This document shows, piece after piece, positions 15,987-32,113 of a DNA stretch of 64,000 bases. This DNA comes from the human T2T-CHM13v2.0 reference genome, Homo sapiens, in the NCBI RefSeq assembly GCF_009914755.1, contig NC_060927.1. One strand, 5' to 3'. The position numbers were made by a program, and so were the translations under genes. The notes under the pieces were generated by a model, which did no database searches, had not been told where the DNA came from, and saw only the letters and a list, made by a program, of their open reading frames with translations. Positions within the stretch are counted from its first letter, which is position 1, and each line of letters begins with the position of its first letter.

Positions 15987-16452
15987 TGCATCAGTTTCCC
16001 AGCGCTACTGTGATAGCTACAACAAACTGGGCCACTTAAAATTACAACAGAAACTAATTGTCTCATAGTTCTATGGCTAGAAGCCTGAAGTGAACTGTGT
16101 TGGCAGTGCCACGATCCCTCCAACGGAAAAGAGAGTCGTTCTATCCATCTTCCAGCTTCGGTAGCACCCGGCATTCCTTGGCTTGTAGCGGCAAAATTAG
16201 TCTCTGCCTCCATTTTCACATGGCCACCTTGCTTTGTGTCTGAGTCTTTACGTGGCATTCTCCTCTTTGTGTGTTGTCTGTGTCCAAATTTCCCTCTTTT
16301 TATAAAAACACCAGTCATACTGGAATAGGGCCCATGCCAATAACGTCATCTTAACTTGATTTACAAAGATCTTATTTCCATTCCAAATAAGTCACATTCA
16401 CAGGTACTGGGAGTTGGCACCTCAACATATCTTTGTGGGGACACAATTCATA
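15987..16452 (-). mobile_element. MLT1 (B/C-like) MaLR LTR
   Basis: ACAACAGAAACTAATTGTCTCATAGTTCT...TCACATTCACAGGTACTGGG...GGGGACACAATTCA. Confidence 0.8.
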
Positions 16453-16744
16453 ATATCTTCTAGCTTTCAAAACTTCCCTACTAATCAGTATAGTGTGGTT
16501 CAATACAGATTTCCATCTTAGAAAGAACTAACTCAAGTATATTTCACTTTTTCAGGCTGAAAAAGTAACAGATTTGAAGGTATGTTTCCCAATCTAAATA
16601 GACAGACCCCTCTCCTCCTGCCATCTACTTAGCAGTTAGACTACTCATTACACAATAAAGGTTAAAAAATAAGCTAGCCTCAAGCTAATTTCTTCCTGCC
16701 TTGGCTGCCAAACTTCTATTTAAAGGTGCTTTCTAGCAAAGTTC

Positions 16745-17529
16745 TAAATTAGCGTGACAATAAAGTACCATAAACTAAGAGGCTTAGAACAACAGAAATT
16801 TATTGTCTTATAGAAGTCCAAAATCAAGGTGTTCACAGGGCCGCATTCCCTCTGAAGGTGTGCTAAGGAGGGGTCTGTTCCAGGCCTCTCTCCTAGCTTC
16901 CTTGGTGTCTTAGTCCATTTGGGGCTACCGGAAAAAAAACAAAAAAACAAAATACAACAAAAAATACCTTAGACGGAAGTTTTTTCTCACAGTTCTGGAG
17001 GCTGTGAAGCCCAAGATCAAGGTGCCAGCAGATACAGTGCCTAGTGAAGGCTCTCTGCTTCATAAATGGTGCCTTCTGGCCATGTCCTCCTCATACTGTT
17101 TAAGGAGCCTGGGGGTTCCCTTCAACTTCTTTTATAAGGTCACAATTCTATTCACTGAGGGCAAAGCCCTTATGTCTTAAGCACTTCCAAAAAAGCCACC
17201 TCTTAATACCACTGCAATGGAGATCAGGTTTCAACATAAATTTTGGAGGGACAAATTCGGACCATAGAGCTTGGCTTGTAGACACATCACTCTAGTCACT
17301 TTGCCATGTTCTCCCTGTGTCTTCACACTGTTCTCCCTCTGTATGTGCCCAAATTTTCTCTTTTTTATAAGGACTCCAATCATAAGGTATTACGATCTAC
17401 CTAAATGATCCCATTTTAACTTAAGTATCTCTATAAGGACCCTATTTCCAAGTAAGATTACATTCTGAGGTACTGGAGGTTAGGACTCCAACTTACGAAT
17501 TTAGGAGGATACAATTCAATCTATAACAG
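16745..17529 (-). mobile_element. MLT1 (B-like) LTR split by a nested MaLR LTR
   Basis: Halves 16745-16905 and 17270-17529 are contiguous MLT1 sequence. Confidence 0.75.
16906..17269 (-). mobile_element. MST/MLT1A-type MaLR LTR nested in MLT1
   Basis: Starts TGTCTTAGTCCATTTGGGGCT, ends TTTCAACATAAATTTTGGAGGGAC..ACCATAG; 5-bp TSD CTTGG. Confidence 0.8.
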
Positions 17530-17771
17530 TCACACTAAGCTGAGAAAGCCTGGGAAGACAAATACAGATTCCATCATTTGCCCCTTCCATGCTGTAGAAG
17601 ACAGGTACAGACAAGGGTAACAAAAGCCTTTTCTTCTTACCTTCAGTCATCTGTCCACCTTGGTTATCAGAGAATCCCCTTAAAACAAAAAACAAAACTA
17701 ACCCTAATAATGGTAACTATGATGGCATCAACACATGGGAAGAATCAATTTAAGTGGCTGTAGAGGTTGAA

Positions 17772-18128
17772 TGTATTACTGGTTCAGAATTTAAGCATTC
17801 TTTTTTCCTGAAATAGAGTTATTCATCCCCATCCCAGCAACTTGGACCTTGGCTATGTGACCTAATTTGGCCAGTGGAATTCCAGATGATGTGATACACA
17901 CTATATCCAATCACAAGATTTAAGAGACATTACAAGTGTCTGCCAGCTCTCTTGCTCAACGAGCATGTCCTATATGGGGTCTACTTCAACAGCTTGGCTA
18001 TCCAAATGAGCAGACAACTGGAAGAGAGCCACAGTCAACCCACCTTATCTACATACAAAATGAATGAGAAAGAACATTTTAGTATTGTAAACCAGTAAAA
18101 CTGTCTACTAACAAAGAACACTAACACA
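17772..18128 (+). mobile_element. Old MLT1 (I/J-like) LTR
   Basis: GGCTATGTGACCTAATTTGGCCAGTGGAAT...ATGAATGAGAAAGAACATTTT..TTGTAAACCA...ACTAACACA. Confidence 0.6.
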
Positions 18129-18819
18129 CCTTACAACAGTACTTTCGCTGCATACATCTCTAGGGAATATAATCTAAGAACTAAAAAGAACCACAAAGAA
18201 ATTTTAAACTGCTTTTGGTAGTCTTATAATAATAGTTTTATTAGTATTATTAACTTGAAACTTTTTATAAATATAGAGCAGGTAAGAAACTATGTTAAAT
18301 CCATCATAAAAGAAAATTTTCAGAAGGGAAAAATACTTATTTACTTTAGATCTCACCTGAAAATGAGGGGCTTTTGGTGAGATGGAGTCCTTGAGGAAAA
18401 GGGAAAATAACTTATATTCACATAATACAAATGAAGCTTTAAAAATCTACACGTTCTAAAATGTATCCAACACCTCTTACAGCCACGTCTCTCTTTCTAC
18501 AGTACCTATCACCTGTATTATTACGACAGCCTAAGAGTCTCCTAAGTTCTCCATTCTATGGTTCCAAAGTACCTATCTAGCCATATGGTACCACCTTTAT
18601 ATGCACTTTACTCTTCAAGTGAGTATGCTGGTATCATTCTAACATGTCCCACAAATTTCCACTTTTCTGCTTTTAGTTCTGTTTCAACTGCACTTGTTGA
18701 AATTTGTCTATTCTTCTTCAAATATTATCTCTTTATGATACCTATTCAAATATCAACATTAAAGATGTCTGGCTACTTTCCTCCTGTACCCCTAAGTGCA
18801 GTTTTATTGCTCTTCTCAA

Positions 18820-19045
18820 AACTGGACAACAGTAAAAAGATTATTGACCAGAAGTCAGAACGTTGACATTTTCTTTTTGATGCTACTGGCTTTTGACATT
18901 AAGGCATTACATCAAGTCATTTTAACTTCCCGGAGCCCCAGTTTCTTCAACTGTGAAAGAGAATAAAACCTAATCTATACACCTCACAGGTGGGAATGCA
19001 TGGAAAAGCCATTTATAACCCACTAAGTGTTAACATTATTATGAT
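18820..19045. mobile_element. MIR
   Basis: CAAGTCATTTTAACTTCCCGGAGCCCCAGTTTCTTCAACTGTGAAA core. Confidence 0.65.
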
Positions 19046-19277
19046 GTCACCTTTTAATATGCATATTTTTTCAACCACTACCAAATTATAAGCATTTAAA
19101 AAGCAGTCTGTCATGATCTGGTTTCTCTTCAGAATGAATAAATCTTTTGCCTGTTTTAACAAAACAAATCAGCAGCCTGTATCTTATAAGGCACCTAAAA
19201 CATTATTCAAATATATTTTTAAACTTTCATAAATAATAAAACATAGCTCTCATGCTCCAGCATATAAAATATAATTC

Positions 19278-19568
19278 GGCTGAGTGCATGGTTCACACTT
19301 GTCATTCCATCACTTTGGGGGGCAGAGGCGGGAGGATCACTTGAGCCCTGGGCAACATAGGGAGACCCAGGATCTACAAAAAAAAAAAAATTTTGGTTTT
19401 AATTAGCCAGGTATGGTGGCATGAACCTGTAGTCCCAGCTACTTGGGAGGCTGAGGTGGGAGGATCACTTGGGCCCAGGAGTTTGAGGCTGTAGTGAGCT
19501 ATGATTATACCACCACTGCACTCCAGCTGGGGCGAAAGAGTGAGACCCCCATCTCAAAAAAAAAAAAA
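19278..19568 (+). mobile_element. AluJ
   Basis: GGAGGATCACTTGAGCCC diagnostics; TSD ATAAAATATAATTC / ATAAAGTATAATTC. Confidence 0.93.
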
Positions 19569-19629
19569 TAAAGTATAATTCAAGCAGTATTTACATACAG
19601 TTTTGCCTTGATTAAAATAAAACAATATC

Positions 19630-19944
<315 letters not shown>

Positions 19945-20080
19945 TCAAAAGGACACAGAAGCCAATTTGAGTACCGATACAGAAAACAATGCAATAACCT
20001 AAAACATAAATCTGTGTAAATCCATGCATTCGTAGCATAGGCTATTTTAATGGCAGTTACATCACACTGTTGGCTGATTA

Positions 20081-20422
<342 letters not shown>

Positions 20423-20829
20423 CTAGTATTATAGCTGCTTAGATCTTATCCACACTCTTGGACTTATTTGTAATTTTTTTAATCTAAATGTAACACTCTA
20501 CAAATAATTCCTGTTATAAATTTTAATCGACTGTTGCTACAGTGCGTGATAAAGTGGCAGTCATCATTGGTAAGAAATCCTCTGAAAGTTTAACTCTTAA
20601 AAATAATAGTCAAACGTCAAGAAGAGGTAGCAGTAAAATAAAAAAGTGTCACAAGTAATTGGGTCTATATAATCAATTAAAATAAATATGGGTAGAAAAG
20701 GAAAATAAGAGTTAGACAAGAATGAGGACTAGTAACTAATGAGGGTAGCAAATCACTTTATGTGTTCATTTAAAAAAAAAAAAAAAAGCTCACCCTGTAT
20801 GTGATGTTGCTGAGTTCCATAAAGACAAA

Positions 20830-20975
20830 TATCAGGCCGCATGATGTAATAGAAAGAGTCCTGGACTGAGTCAGGAGACCTCTGTTCTAGTCCAAGGCCT
20901 CAGTTTCCTCATCTGTAAAATGAGGGTACTGAATTAGATAATCTGAAAGGGCTCCTCTAGCTTTAACACTGAGTG
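20830..20975. mobile_element. MIR (MIR3-like)
   Basis: GGCCTCAGTTTCCTCATCTGTAAAATGAGGG core. Confidence 0.75.
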
Positions 20976-22432
20976 ATCCTAAAGATGAATTTAGGAAGAA
21001 TCAATCAAATGTAAGATTTCTGTTAACAGTAAGGTTTAACTGTTAACACTGGAAACAGCAGTAGGGAACAAGGTTGAAAATAATTTTCATAAGGACATAA
21101 TTATGTCCTCAATAAAAAGGACATACACAAAATTTTAAATTGCAAAAAGCAATTGCTTTCTAACTTTTAACTGCTAGAAAGGTTTTTAGAATATATCAGC
21201 CTTAGTAACATTATCAGGCTTTATCATTAACATCTAAGCTGAATTAGTAATGAGTAACCCAAATTATGGCCCGAAAAGACCTATTCACCTTTGGCCAGAC
21301 TGCCCAAGTAAATCTAGAAAATAGTACACCTTTGGGCTAGTACTTACTTTAAGTGATAAAGTGCCCATAACTGCCCCTGATGAAATAACTGAACAAAGAA
21401 TAAAATGACAAGAAAAATGATTAGAGTAAATTAAACTATTTAAATTTAACATGCAATAAAACAATAAGTATGCTTGTGATATCCTTCTGTGTTAATGAGC
21501 ATATTTTCCCTACTCATAATACTTTTTTCTGGTTCTCTCAAAATAGAAATCTGGCTTCTCCTTCTGACAATAAAGCTAACTGAAAGAAAAAATATATATT
21601 TTTTTTCAGTGACACACAGAAACATTTTTTTAAAAGAGTGTCTCCATGTTTAAGTTTTCTATACTGAAAGAAATCAAACATCTATCAGTAACAATAGGTC
21701 CTGGTACCTCAAAAACTGTGGTTTTCTAACTAAATTACCTAAATACAATTAACTGCCTGGTTCTAGCAAATCCTCCAGGGTCTGACAAACTTAACAACTA
21801 GCTTTAAGTTCAAAGATCAGCTGATGTTCTACTTTATATTTATTTGTTCCTTTATACTTCATTGCTTATGTTGATGCTAAGGTTCTTACCTGGCAGACTT
21901 AACACTTCAAGGATATGAGAACCAGTAAACGTATCTCTACAATCAAGAAAATCTTAGAAATCAACTTTTAAAGGATGTAAAGATATGATGAAACATTCAT
22001 ATGGAAAAAGCTTGTTTTTAAAAGTTTTTCTTAAATGCAAATTACCTAAAGTGATTATAAAATAACTTGACACACATGCAAGTCCACTACTTAGTCATTT
22101 GAACATTTCACCTTGGCAATACATAGTATCTCCTAATACGACATTCAGAATCATTAATAAGATTTCTCTCTTGTTCTTGGCCAGTCTTAAGATGGATGTA
22201 ATATCAATGTGTCTCTGTGATAGAAATCTTTGAAACAAAACTTTCATTTACATGAAATTTATTTTTCATTTTGATTCTGGTATTATGATGGCAAATAACA
22301 GAAATCACATGGATATACAGATAACTCTTTAGGGTTCTATTTTGATCATGAGCTGTTTTCAGCAATTTTATCCATCTATCTTACCTTGTCCATCATTTTT
22401 TTCAGAGACTTAAACATTCAGATATTTAATAA

Positions 22433-22725
22433 CAGGTGGGTTGTGGTGGCTCACACCTTTAATACCAGCACTCTGGGAGGCTGAGAGAGAAGAATCATTT
22501 GAGCCCAGGAGTTCTACACCAGCCTGGGCAACATAACAAGACCTAATCTCTACAAAGAGTTTTAAATATTAGTGCATGCCTGTAGTCCTAACTACTCAGG
22601 AGGGTGGGGTGGGAGGACCACTTGAAACCAGGAGGTCTCTGAGGCTGCAGTATGCCGTGACTGCGCTGCATGCACTCCAGCCTGACTAGATAAGGCAAGA
22701 CCCTGACTTCAAAAAAAAAAAAAAA
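22433..22725 (+). mobile_element. AluJ
   Basis: Diverged dimeric Alu; TSD AGATATTTAATAA. Confidence 0.92.
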
Positions 22726-23687
22726 AGATATTTAATAATGAAAATACAACTACTAATTATAAGATACAATTAATAGTATTGTCTTTAGTCAGTATAATTA
22801 CAGTATTGTATATATAATATACAATATAAAATTTAAGTCTAACTGAACTATTGTTTCTGTTTGGGTAAAATATTCTCCTCTAGGAAGACACTGGTACTAA
22901 AATTAGAAGTTAAGGAGAATTTGATGTTTAAATAACTAGCTGGTACACAGTGTGAAACCCCCTTGATTGTTCACCACTAAATTTCTATCTGGAAGGCATG
23001 AACACACACTTGCAATTCTACCATCTCCAAAGTCAGCATACAACACAATTTTCTCTAAGACCAAAATGCCTTTTTTAGGTATCAGTAATATAGAATTCTT
23101 ACAACAAAATGGCTAGAGCTACGCACAACATAGCACTTTTACTTTGAGAAAGTTATAATATATACAAATGGTGATTTAAACAAAAAAATTATTGCAGTAT
23201 ATTTGGAGTGATAAAAAGACAAAAGACCAAAAAAGAAGTCCAAATTTTTGGTTGCTAGAAAAATATCAAACCCTTATAACATCAAGTAATTTCATGTTAT
23301 GTTCTAAAATGAATTTAAAATTGAGGTACTTCAAAAAAAAATACCAGAGAGAAAAATGAAATAAATTTAAAAATCTTATATCTTGTAATTACAAATTATA
23401 TTTTGATACTAATATTTACTTTTCTCTCATCCCCACTCACAATTTAATCTGATACATATATTTAAAAATTGAGCCTATCAGAATAACTATCAGATTAACT
23501 TTCCTAACAGCAAATTAAGAGAGGCCAGAAAATGAACTGGTATTTGTAACAGTTATGCGTAACACTAGATGTTACAGCACTGAATTTTAATACAACTATA
23601 CTTGTCTCTCAAAACTTTATGAAAGAACCATAAAATCCTGTCACAGTGGCTTTTTAATCCAACAACTCCCTAACAGACTATTACTAA

Positions 23688-24001
<314 letters not shown>

Positions 24002-24789
24002 GAGATATTTTAAAATAAATTCTAATCAATCCAATCTCGCTAATAATTCCACAATAAAAATCATACAGCATTTTTTTTTGAAAAATAAATACAACACACT
24101 GAAAAAAGTGTCCTAAGCCATAATCCATAAATGACTATTGGTCAATTAAGAGAGTGGAAACAAACTCTTAATAATTTCCTCCCATAGCATTTTCAAAAAC
24201 CTGTTCGAAATTACCAATTCCATGAATTCCATCTCCCATTAATCATACTTGAATCTGAGCACAGTCTAATTATGTATCCATCCCCTCCAAATGTCTGTAT
24301 TAGAAATGACCTTAGTCTTTGCTACATCATTTTGAAACGATCAAGTTAGTATGTATGTTTTGTCTTCTTGCTTTTATTTATTCATATTTCTCTATCTTTC
24401 TGCATCATAAGCAGGTCACAGCTTAATGCACAGGCAGAAAAATGTTACCGATAAGCTCTTTAAACTATTTTCAAATTTAAAGAAATCAATTTTGATGAAT
24501 GCCATAAAAAAACAACATATTAACAGGAATCTGACTTCGAGAAATATCATTCACTGGTCTCTATTTTATCTTAACATTTTACTATGAAAATTTTCAAACA
24601 TATAGAAAAAAAATGAATATCCACATAGCTACCACCTACAATTTAAAATTAACATTTCCTCATATTTGTTGTTAATACATCTATTCAAAGAACTTGCAGT
24701 CATCAGTATACTTCTGTAAATACTGCAACTTGCCCATCAAGTAATGGTTTTTTTTTGTTTTTGTTTTTGTTTTTTTAAAGGAAAAACTT

Positions 24790-25575
<786 letters not shown>

Positions 25576-27084
25576 CAACCCCATATTTTAGGAGAGTTTA
25601 TAAACCACATTTGGTACTCCACCTCTATGGGTATCTTCTTCCTGGATTTCCTCCTTTCCTGTGCTGGACCCCATTACTCTGCAGTGCAATGTTAGTTCTG
25701 AACAATTCTCTAATTCCTCTGCCAACGGGAACCTGTCCTCAGGCAAAGATCCGTCAATAACAGGAAACTCCAATGCCATTCTCTTAAGAATCCAATCCGG
25801 TCTGACTTCTGAAACAGGTTTGTTCTATGGTGTCCTCATAATGTTTGTTTTTCATATGTTGTCCAGAAATTGTAGTTACTATTTGTGGGAGGATTTGTTC
25901 CATAGCAGCCACTACTCCATTTGTGGAATTATAACTCTCTACTATTCTTCTGAGCACACTTGTTCAACACTGTAATTGGCCTACTTTTTTGGTGTTCCCC
26001 CCAACTTTCACCAGCTAGATTGAGCCAGTTTCTTTCAATCAAAAAATCGAAACTAAATCAGAAAAAACGAGGCCTCCAGGAACTGAAAAGCATAAGAATA
26101 AATCCCTAAGAGAGAGCTGAAGTGGATCCTGCAATTCTTCCTATGAACCAACACAAGTTCCAAATTCATCCCAAGATGTGCATGTGGAACATACCCAAAG
26201 AAGCACTACAAAGGTCTTGAGAACTGAAGACACAAATCACCTTCAGGTTCCATACTAACTCCTGAGAGGCTCAATCAGGAAGCAGACTCATAGTAGCTTA
26301 GCAAAGACTTTGAAAACTGAACTGACATTGGAACCACTGCCCATGGGTGCCACAGAACTTGGGAGTCTGAGCCTATCAATGTTAATTGCTTGCTTTCATT
26401 TAAAAACAACATTCTCCAGGAATGGTACAGATGAAGAAAATCTGATCATTCTCAAAGGAAAAGACAATAACAGATATTAATCCTGAGATGATCCAGGTGT
26501 CAGAATTCTCAAAGATGCCCATGAAGGGACAGGAAACACAAGTTCTCAGAAGTAGACACGATAAAAAAAAGTTTTCAAATGAAAACTTTATGACTGAAAA
26601 AATATGGGAAAAAATTCTAAGACAATAGGATGTATAGGAAAATGATAGCAAACACTATGATCTTCCTGAATAAGAGATTACATATAGATGACAATAAAAT
26701 TCTGTTTTAATAAAAGAAAATTTTCCCAAAATAACAAATATCTTTAGCTCTCAAAAGTAATGAAAAAATCTAGAGACCTGTCATCAAGGTGCTTTCAATC
26801 CTATTATTCTATGGGTGCCTGAGGTCCACCAAAAACTCTCACGATTCACCTCTACACAATCTGTGTTACACAAAATTTAAAAGAATGCTGGAGTGCAAAT
26901 GAGATAATGGTTCAATTCTTGGTTCTGTAACTATGACAAAGTATATGATATGGAATCACTTCTCTAAACATTAGTTCTTCATTTGTAAAATGAGAACTAA
27001 ACAAGAGAACTTACTTAGCTTTGTAACACAGTCCCAATATCTAATTTTAGGAACCCTCAGAAAGTCATTCCAGTCTCCCCAGAT

Positions 27085-27375
27085 ATTAGCACTAGCCAAG
27101 TCCACACACGTAAGTTTTAAATTATCTAGTAGCCACATGAAAAAGTTAAAAAGAAACAGGCAGAATTTATTCTAATAATAATATTTTATGTAACCCAATG
27201 TATCTGGAATATTATTTCTTATAATCAATAGTTTAAAATTGAGATATTTTACTTTAAAAAATTAAGTCTTCAAAATCCAGCATGCATTTTACATTTACAG
27301 CACATCTCAATTCTGACTAGTCTTATGTCCAAGTGTTCAACAGCTACGTATTTCTAGTGGTTACCATACTGGGTA
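27085..27375. mobile_element. MER33/MER3-type hAT-Charlie element
   Basis: TCTAGTAGCCACATGAAAAAG..AAAAAGAAACAGG...ACAGCACATCTCAATT...CTAGTGGTTACCATACTGG. Confidence 0.8.
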
Positions 27376-27708
27376 AGTCTAAATACAGACATGAAACGGT
27401 GGGGGAGGGGAGCCAATAGAAAAGAAGGGCCAAGGTGTCTCAATATGGGTAGTCTGTCTTACATACATACATACACAAGCTGTATGTTCAGGGGGTAATG
27501 AAAGTGTCTGCTCTGTTACATGACATGGGGTTGGAGCAACGGAAGTCTCTTTTCTGAAATAAATTTTCATCTCTCTACTATAATTAGAGCCCACAATTTT
27601 TTTTTAAGAAAAATAATGGTTTTCTCACCAATGAAACAGATATTAACAACTTTACATGGTTATAACAATATTTAAGTAAGATAACTACTCTCTATCACGG
27701 AACATATA

Positions 27709-28162
27709 CAGTTGACCCTTGTACAAAGCAGGAGTTAGGGTTTTATCAACCCACCCAATCAAAAATCCACATATAACTTCCGACTTCCCAAAAACCTAAC
27801 TACTAACAACCTAGTTATGACCAGAAGTCTTACTAGTAACATAAACACACACACCTTACATGTTGTAGCTATTAGATGTTGTATTCTTACAATAAAAGAA
27901 GCTAGAGAAAAGGTTATTTAAAAAATCATATGGAAAATAAATTTACCATTCATTAAATGGAAGTGAATCATCCTGAAGGTCCTCATCCTCTTCACAAGGC
28001 TGAGGAGAAGTTGGTTTTGCTGTCTGAGGGGTGGGAGAGGTAGAAGAGGTGGAAGGACAGACAGGCAGAAAGGCAGGCATACTAGATGCAACTGTACTTT
28101 TAAAAAAACCAAGTAGAAGTGAACCCACATAGTCCACACCTGTGTTGTTCAAGGGTCAACTA
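27709..28162. mobile_element. Tigger2a-like MITE with both TIRs
   Basis: TA|CAGTTGACCCTTGTACAA ... TTGTTCAAGGGTCAACTA|TA terminal inverted repeats with TA target duplication. Confidence 0.85.
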
Positions 28163-29167
28163 TACTAACCCTTCCATTTTGGGGTTGATTTTTACTTACT
28201 TTTTTATTTAAAAAAAAAATTAAACTAATCAAAATGGTTTTTGGCATTTTTCTCTTACATGTTTAAAGTACCTCTATGTAATCTGTTCTATAATCATAAG
28301 CCCTTAGGCTCTAAGTCACTTTTTTAAAAAATATCAGGTTGTAATAAACTCAAAATGATCCCAATAAACATCTGACAGGAAATGAAGGCCTAACATATAG
28401 AGGGTTGTGAATTAAGAACTTTAGCATTCCAACCTTTTTGTTTTAAAAACTCTCCTTACAGGTGCTAGTAAATCATAGAAAAAGAGAGAAAATAGGCATG
28501 GTGAAGGATTTCTGTTTCTATGAACCAGGAATAAATCAAAAGATATAACTAAAATTAACTGGCTTAAGAAAAAGGACAGAAGTTGAAGAAGCAAACAAAC
28601 AGAACCTGTATGAAACTAGAAGTTCCTGTCCTTTACACACTAACTTTAGCATGTTAATTTCTGTCTCAAGCAAAATTTTTTTTTTTTAAATCATGCAATC
28701 TTATCCACTGGACGGATGGATGAATGAAAGGAAAAAAGAATGGGGGGCGGGGAGTCTTCAAATGGCTTCAATACACCATTGAAGTAAGAAATGGCCTTCA
28801 GTTTCCAATTTTATGGCTATATGGGACCATGCTGTCCAACCCCAAATAGTCAAAATCTAGTAAGACCAAATTTAATATAGTACACCCAAAGAAAATTAGG
28901 AAAACTTAAAAATAAGCCAGATAATATTCAGTGATAGGACACCTTTTGTTTTAACATTACCGTGTTAAACATCTATCCCTCTATTGTGGGTATATGTCCT
29001 TGCTCTCACACTACTCTGTGTTTCTCGAGGTAAGACAGCTAGTATTTTATTCCTGAATAGTGCCTACACTGAGAATTTATAGAAAGGACAGCAAAATTAT
29101 TTGAAACATGAAAAATGTTTTAAAATGAAAATAGTAATTCACCATAACAAGTTCTATCACAGTTAAT

Positions 29168-29519
29168 ATAAATTGAGCACCCCAATCTAAAAATTCAAAA
29201 TCCAGAATGTTCCAAAATCTGCAGTTTTTGGAGCAGTGACATAACGCCATGAGCAGAAGATTCCACACTTGATCTCATATGACAAGTCACAGTCAAAACT
29301 CTGGTTCATGCACAAAATTATTTAAAATACTGTATAAAACTGCCCTCAGGCTATATATATATAAGGAGTATATGAAACATAAATGAACTTCGTGTTTAGA
29401 CTTGGATCCTATCCCCAAGATATCTCATTATAGATATGCAAATATTCCGAAATCCAAGTAAATATGAAATCTGAAATACTCTGGTCCTAAGTATTTTGGA
29501 TAACCAATGCTCAACCTGT
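29168..29519. mobile_element. Tigger4b/MER46-like MITE
   Basis: TTGAGCACCCCAATCTAAAAATTCAAAATCC ... TTTTGGATAA..ATGCTCAACCTGT. Confidence 0.8.
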
Positions 29520-31374
29520 GTAAAGATTAAATCCATGTAAGAAGCCAAGCTTTCTCTGCCTTTCACGTGATACTACAGTCTTTCACAGCTTCCATTTTAG
29601 GCTCAGTTATTTCAGCCTCTAATGACAAAGATACAAGGAATCAGTTAAATATAACTCCAATTTGTGTGTGCTCTGCTTTTCTTCATTTGTTTAAAAAAAA
29701 AAAAAAGAAAAGAAAAGCCTAGAGACTAAGAGGTGTTCAATGTAACCCTCTTACTGTTGATTTGGGAATCAGCTCTCCAGAGGCATACATTCTCAACCAA
29801 ATGAAAATGGTTCACACAATATCATGCGACAATGTCCTTCTTTCTTCACATTTAATAATACCAGTTCCTAATCATGATGGTAAAAGATTAAAAATGAAAG
29901 TAACAATGAACTTTCCTACAGTAAATAGAACAAATTAATTTATGGATGCTACATTTATAAGTAGGTAATAATCATTGACTCCTCGCTATGTACCACACTC
30001 TTTCTCGGCAGCGACCTGTTGGCAGGGTCACAACTCCTTGGGGTCTTGTCTTCAGTCTGGCAAGTCATAACTTCTTTCAGTTTTTTAAGAATAATCAAGT
30101 TCTGAGAGAAGATATGTTAACAAAATACAGCAGGGTGGTTTATGAGTAAAAGAGGTGATTTACTAATTACACTGAGAAATGTACCTGTCAGTAGACCAGA
30201 ATATTCATCAATGCAGAAGAGGCCAGCAGGGCCCAGCCCACATTCCCTCATCACTCAACTTTCCCAAGCAGCTGGGTAGCTTTTTACTGCAAAGCACCCT
30301 GAGGCCAAACAGCAGGTCAGGAGCTGCTGCCCTGCCCTCCGCAAAGCCTAACTGCCTAACTCCCAGACTAAGGAATGGGGGTTAGTGGACAAATTACCCG
30401 AGGTTCCTTGCCCCTTAGGTGGAAAAAGAGACATGTTCTACACTGTTCCCGAGGATGCCACATGATTTGAGTCCAACTGAACAAAAAAATTAGTCTTTCA
30501 GGCAGTCGGTATCAGCCTCCTTTTCCCTTTCTGGCTTCTCCACAGGAACTTTCTAGATCCACCTCTCCAATAAAGGGTTATAATCAAGGGTCTGGTTCCT
30601 CAAGAATCAAACCTAAGAGAACTGCTCAGCATCATTCTATTCTTTGTGGAAGAGTCCTGTTGTTAAACCAAATTAATTTTTAGAAGTTGTGGGATGACTA
30701 TACAAACAGAACAAGAGGAAATAGAAGGGCTCAGGGGATTGATCGACACAGTTGGTAGACTTTTCTGGAAAATAAGAATCTATCTGTGGAACAGTTCAAA
30801 GAAAAAGATATGCAAACAGTTCTAAAATAAACTAGCAAACAGTTATAAAATAAATGAAAAGATGCAAATTAGAACCATAGTGAAATACTATTTCTCACCT
30901 ATCAGATTAAAAGACATATATGTATCAAAAAAGACATCATATATACTGTCTGCTAATGGGGAAAGAGGGAACCTCGTATATTGCTGAAAGGAACATAAGA
31001 TGGCATAATGCTTTACAGAAGGAAATCTGGCAAATTGACATGCACATTTCATGCTCCTATCTAAAAACTTCCACTCTTGAAACAGCTATCTGTGTAATGG
31101 AGTAGAATGCAGCTGTAAAACAATGAATAAAGACTATCTCTATGTCCTGCTATGAAGTGATCTCCAGAATATTTAAGAATACCCATGGATTTGTTTACAT
31201 TTGAGCAAGATAAACCAAAAATAGTTTGATTTTTAAAACTTGGTTACTTACAAAAGGAGGAAGTAAGAATGTATCTCACTTTGAAGTGATATAAATGTTT
31301 CCTATGATTATAAAACAAAATAAAAACAAATATTTTTAAATTCTAAATACTAAAAATAAAATGAAACAAATTGG

Positions 31375-32113
<739 letters not shown>

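Noticed and set aside
30221-30236. CTCF-like GGCCAGCAGGGCCCAG
   Set aside because: Lacks the core GG of the consensus; a motif match alone is too weak.
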